64,000 nt of DNA from contig CM075993.1 in the NCBI GenBank assembly GCA_038087875.1, positions 9,550,001 through 9,614,000 of the forward strand. The letters are read 5' to 3'. The translations under genes and the position numbers were made by a program. The notes under the pieces are model-generated. The model saw only the letters and a list, made by a program, of their open reading frames with translations, was not told where the DNA came from and did no database searches. Below, one piece after another: positions 61,381 to 64,000 of this stretch (its first letter is position 1; each line of letters starts with the position of its first letter). This DNA comes from Malacoraja senta (Eukaryota).

Positions 61381-61605
61381 GGGTATTCACTTCCCAAGAG
61401 GACAGCGGAGAGAAAGAATGCCCCAAATTCAAGGTCTGCAATCAGAAAGCAGAACCTGTGATAAATATTTCAGATGAACTTTCGTCTTTGCAAGAGGAGC
61501 TACATAAGCGGATGGTTCAGCATTCCTGTGAATCCCCACGCTGCCAATTCTGTGTCCAGCTAACGTGTAAAAAACATCTTTTGTCTCTCTTAATAAAGAA
61601 GGATG
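61381..61605 (+). CDS. Putative internal exon (phase 1-1) of the unidentified Cys-rich protein
   Basis: Strong acceptor gccttttttttctag|; open for 225 nt: (G)VFTSQEDSGEKECPKFKVCNQK...SCESPRCQFCVQLTCKKHLLSLLIKKD; donor G|gtacgt; non-repetitive. Confidence 0.62.
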
Positions 61606-62634
61606 GTACGTAACCATGGGAAATGTCAGGAGAGGTATCGAGCTCCAGAGGGTGAAGGCGGGAAGAATTGGTGGAGAACGGGCAGGAGATTTAGAGAAGA
61701 TCGCAGGTTTAGAGAAGGTGCAGACTGATTTCCGGGATTGGTTCTGGCTGGGCAAGTCTCATAGATTGGGAAATAATAACGGAAGCTTTCAGAGAGGTAT
61801 CTGGAGAATCAATATGAACAGAGAGTAAAGGGCGGTACCTGGGATATTTTCACGAGGACTAGTGGAACATCATAGAGTTATACAGCACGGTTGTTCAGCC
61901 CAACTGGTACATGTTGACCAAGATGTCCACCTGAGCTAGTATCCTTTGCTTGTGTTTAGCTCATATCCTCTCAACCATATACCCTGTCCAAATGTCTTTG
62001 AAACATTGTAATTGTACTGACCTGTACAGCTTCCTTGGCAGCTCCTTCCATAGACCCTCTGTGTGAAGTTGCCCCTTAGATCCCTTTAAATCTTTCCCCT
62101 CTGTGGCAATCTCAGGATTACCCGAGCAGCTCAATCTATGCCTCTGTGTGTGGCTGCAGTCCCTCATGTCCATGGGCTGGAAGAAGCTCCGGCCACTCAG
62201 TCTTAGCCTGAGACTACTTGATTAGTGCGGGTGTCAAGGGTCATGGGGCGAAGGCAGGAGAATGGGGTTAGGAGGGAGAGATAGATCAGCCACGATACAG
62301 AACAGAACAGCCATAGACTTGATGGGCCAAATGGCCTAATTCTGCTCCAATTACTTATGACCTTATGACACGTCTGTTAAATTCCATCAGGTGAGGTATA
62401 ATAAATATTAAAATGATATTTTAAAGCAGTCAGTGGGAAAATGTTACAGTCTTTAGCATGAAATTACCACTCTTGCCGATAAATAGGAACTAGTGAGAAA
62501 TGAGAAGTGACCAGTTGAATATCAAAGGGGATGTATAACTCCTGTAAAGTAGCCCCGTGGTGATTAGTATTGTAATAACTATTTTTTCCCTCTCGTGTAT
62601 GAATCATGTCAATTTTCTTCTAAACCATTTATAG

Positions 62635-62973
62635 CAGAAAAACAGAATGAGGTTGGACTGCGCCGTAGTTGGAGGAAAGCAGGACAAAACACTCCACAAT
62701 GGAACGAGTGCCTGTGTTCTGATCGTGATGGCGGTACATCACCACCATGCTGCTGTGTGTCAACATCAGAAAGCTCAGAAAATCAGGCTGGCTCAGCCGA
62801 GCAGAACGAAAATTCTTGCCACTTGGACAAGCTGGAGGATGTCCATTGTGATAGCCAATACCGTAAGCTTTTAAAAACTGTAGCATGCAACTCCCTTATC
62901 CGGCTGCAGCAAGGTGGAGAACCTACGTCCAACTCCGGATCAACACCTGCAACAACAAGTCCAACAAATGGCG
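62635..62973 (+). CDS. Putative internal exon (phase 1-1), Cys-rich then Ser/Thr-rich
   Basis: ccatttatag|; open for 339 nt: (A)EKQNEVGLRRSWRK...WNECLCS...PPCCCV...SCHL...VACNSL...TPATTSPTNG; donor G|gtaagc. Confidence 0.62.
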
Positions 62974-63218
62974 GTAAGCATGAATAAAAGATTCAATCAC
63001 AGAGTGAGCAGTTGCATCCATTATAATTTGATTCAATATCCTTCACTCTTGTCCCATTCCAGATTCCAACTTGCCCAGAGACCAGGGACTATAAATATTT
63101 ATTTAAGTTTATTTTGTCACGTGTACCAAAGTACAGTGAAGAGCTTTTGTTTGCGTGCTATCCCGTCAAAGATACATGATTACAATCAAGCCGTCCACAG
63201 TTCACAAATAAAGGGAAC

Positions 63219-63535
63219 TGTAGCGGCTCCTAGTACTTGGTTCTTGGTTTCTTGGTCCTCCAAAATATTCCAAATGGAATTTAAACTGGAGGTGGCCTGG
63301 GTAATGTCAAACCCTCGCTATTGGCTGGCGCGGTCACGTGAGCGCGGGAGCGTTTTTCACGTTTTTTTTGGCAAACCATTCATTCGAGCTCCACGCGGTT
63401 CGAGTGAGCTTCGTTAATTTTGGCTGTGTTATATCGACTCGGGTAATCGCTTTATTTTCGTTTAAAAATAAAGAACTTTGTTATACCCGACTGTCTCGAT
63501 TCGCCAAAGTACAGCATTTAGTTCAAAGACGTTGA
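63219..63535 (+). mobile_element. Possible solo LTR
   Basis: Starts TGTAGCGGC; CpG-rich; ATTGG, CACGTG and AATAAA; interrupts a Rex-like 3' end; no clear terminal CA. Confidence 0.35.
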
Positions 63536-63547
63536 AATCTGATAAAG

Positions 63548-63828
63548 TTTAGTTTAGTTTAGAGATACAGCGTAGAAGCAGGCCCTTCGGCCCACCAAGT
63601 CCACACTGGCTAACGGTCAACCATTCACACTAGGTCTATCCTACACACTGGGGACAATTTACAGAGGCCAATTAACCTACAAACCCACACGTGTTTGGAA
63701 TGTGGGAGGAAACCGGAGCACGGCCACAGGGAGAACGTACAAACTTTGTACAGACAGCACCCGCAGTCAGAATCGAACCTGGGTCCGAGGTGTTGTAAGG
63801 CAGCAACTCTACTGCTGCACCACTGAGT
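63548..63828 (-). mobile_element. HE1-type SINE
   Basis: ggagaacgtacaaact...cagcacccgcagtcag...gtaaggcagcaactctac; (tttag)n tail. Confidence 0.8.
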
Positions 63829-64000
63829 CGCTCCAAGCATGACTAAAGATAGTTTAACGGTCTCCAATGAGGTAGAGAGGTTGTCAGGACTGTACTCTAG
63901 CCGATGGGAGGATTTATGTAGTTGCCTGATTACAGCTGTGAAGAAAGGCTCGGAGGTGTTGTGAACTGAACCTGACATTAACTCTGTTCTGCAGAATGGA

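Overview
Repeat-rich vertebrate DNA, most likely a cartilaginous fish (skate or ray), judged from HE1-type SINEs and CR1/HER1-type LINEs. No prokaryotic features. (1) Bases 1-22.5 kb hold a tandem/inverted cluster of hydroxylysine kinase (HYKK/AGPHD1)-like genes: the last exon of a + copy (A), a 5'-only + pseudogene with two nonsense codons (B), and an intact 4-coding-exon minus-strand gene of 378 aa (C). The last intron of C carries a three-level nest: Helitron > CR1 > Gypsy integrase/LTR. (2) Bases 29.6-38.2 kb are an ~8.6-kb array of nine Helitron 5' ends separated by expanding GGTTTGAAAATGT-type minisatellites. Each full head carries what looks like a Pol II promoter cassette (GC box, ETS, TATA at -29, Inr, YY1-like motif, splice donors). 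(3) Three phase-compatible + exons (40.6, 61.4, 62.6 kb) give an unrecognised signal-peptide-bearing, Cys-rich protein. The rest is CR1, L1, Rex/Babar, Penelope-like elements (with minimal hammerhead-ribozyme motifs), hAT and Harbinger-like MITEs, SINEs, and a 200-N gap. Family names come from recalled motifs, not database searches. Repeat boundaries are approximate unless a TSD is given.
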